Notes under the pieces: model-generated
Databases searched by the model: none
Told to the model about the DNA's origin: nothing
Seen by the model: the letters and a program-made list of their open reading frames with translations, nothing else
NCBI GenBank assembly: GCA_947087275.1
Contig: CAMUBZ010000003.1
Location: forward strand, 9,132 to 73,131
Direction of reading: 5' to 3'
DNA: 64,000 nucleotides
Origin: an uncultured Candidatus Saccharibacteria bacterium
Lineage (GTDB): Bacteria; Patescibacteriota; Saccharimonadia; Saccharimonadales; Saccharimonadaceae
Program-made: the position numbers and the translations under genes
Shown here: piece by piece, positions 63,193 through 64,000 of the stretch
Layout: each line of letters starts with the position of its first letter
Position numbering within the stretch: position 1 is the stretch's first letter

Positions 63193-64000
63193 TTAATGAT
63201 TAAGTGCCTGCCGGCTTGTACTAATACTAGCCATGAAGTCACCGATGTCAGCATCATCAAAAGCAAAATCGAAATCAGAATCGCCAGAAGTTGATGAAGG
63301 CGCAGCGGGACGGATTTGCGGAATTGGTTTAGCCGGAACCGGATCCCCCGGCGAGTAATCGGTGGTGCTGGCCTTAAAAATTGGCAGGTTTTTGCCTGCA
63401 TGACTAATTTGCACCAAACACTCGCGACATTTGAGGCCAGATAATAACTTGGCTTGGTCATCATCTGTGTCACTGCCCACCAATTTAATCTCTAAGTTCT
63501 GTGCCAGCATATTAGCGTCCGTACGCGACACCCGAAATAGATAATAATTAGAGACATTGGCAAAAATCGAATCGCGCAAACTCGGGCTAATCTGGGCGAA
63601 GTATTGCCCAGCTAGAAACACCGAAACTCCGTACTTGCGTAGTTCAGAAAGAAAACGTGGCAAAATGGGATTTTCAACTACCGCGACTTCGTCAATAATA
63701 ATCAAGAGTTGTTTGGATGACGAGCGACTTTGGGCTAAGAGAAAAATTTGTTGCATGAGTAGACCAGCCAAAGTCCGAACGACTTGGTCGCCAAACTGGA
63801 GACGATTGAGCGAAAAAATCGTAAGAAATGTATCCTGCAAAACCCCTGCTAGGCCTACCGATTGGCAGGCTTGGTTGAAGGCTGGGACCATCTGCATCTC
63901 ATCGACAAAAGCGATAATTGGAGCAATGGCCTCGCTATAGGATTTGGTTTTGAGTTCTTGAAAATCCGTGAGAAAAAATTGCGCAACGCTATCCGGCAAC
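63193..64000 (-). CDS. P-loop NTPase C-terminal portion, TraG/VirD4/HerA-FtsK-like; N-terminus lies beyond the window
   Basis: Walker B-like LIIIDEVAVV followed by RKYGVSVFLAGQYFAQI, as in type IV secretion coupling or DUF87-type ATPases. ORF is open to the window edge. Confidence 0.5.
   Translation of the reverse strand, partial: LPDSVAQFFLTDFQELKTKSYSEAIAPIIAFVDEMQMVPAFNQACQSVGLAGVLQDTFLTIFSLNRLQFGDQVVRTLAGLLMQQIFLLAQSRSSSKQLLIIIDEVAVVENPILPRFLSELRKYGVSVFLAGQYFAQISPSLRDSIFANVSNYYLFRVSRTDANMLAQNLEIKLVGSDTDDDQAKLLSGLKCRECLVQISHAGKNLPIFKASTTDYSPGDPVPAKPIPQIRPAAPSSTSGDSDFDFAFDDADIGDFMASISTSRQALNH

Noticed and set aside
1-64000. tRNA, rRNA, transposase/IS elements, integrase or prophage genes.
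   Set aside because: I inspected all intergenic regions and all ORFs of 60 aa or more. No cloverleaf-type sequence with a GTTCRANYC T-loop, no rRNA-like stretch, and no DDE, serine or tyrosine recombinase motifs were recognised. A tRNAscan/Infernal run would be the definitive check.

Overview
This window is a gene-dense stretch of a streamlined bacterial chromosome. It may be Patescibacteria/CPR, Saccharibacteria-like, but that is only an inference from gene content and the low-complexity tails on housekeeping proteins. Most genes lie on the minus strand in tight operons: an RNA methyltransferase, an ABC pair, cysS, nrnA, rmuC, fusA, a UvrD-like helicase, gatCAB, rpoB-rpoC, rpsP with a KH protein, rnc, nusB, leuS, a gap-rpiB-rpe-kinase-LOG cluster, rpsL-rpsG, tig and ung. 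I found no rRNA, tRNA, CRISPR array, transposase or reverse transcriptase.

The main signal is a dispersed family of 11 short cassettes of about 190-230 nt, 8 on the plus strand and 3 on the minus strand. Each keeps an open frame that encodes only the C-terminal half of a FISUMP/DUF1566-like lectin fold. The 5' border (GTGCGCAGCGG) and the 36-nt 3' border (CCTCCGCTGCCTTAGTACTGTATTAGGTATGTAGGA) are identical at the nucleotide level, while the interiors have diverged to synonymous saturation.

The cassettes have no Shine-Dalgarno sequence and often follow a terminator directly. They sit at the edges of core operons and bracket small accessory modules, including PD-(D/E)xK nuclease-like genes and multi-pass membrane protein paralogs. 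Several show recombination footprints: one truncated copy, one inverted border junction, and one flipped hairpin. I read this as a candidate cassette-based variation or recombination system whose expression locus lies outside the window.

Other observations include two related GC-rich structured RNA candidates, a recurring leaderless promoter layout (TGnTATAAT-N6-ATG), a duplicated 38-nt promoter, and a paired palindromic operator upstream of a MerR-family gene.
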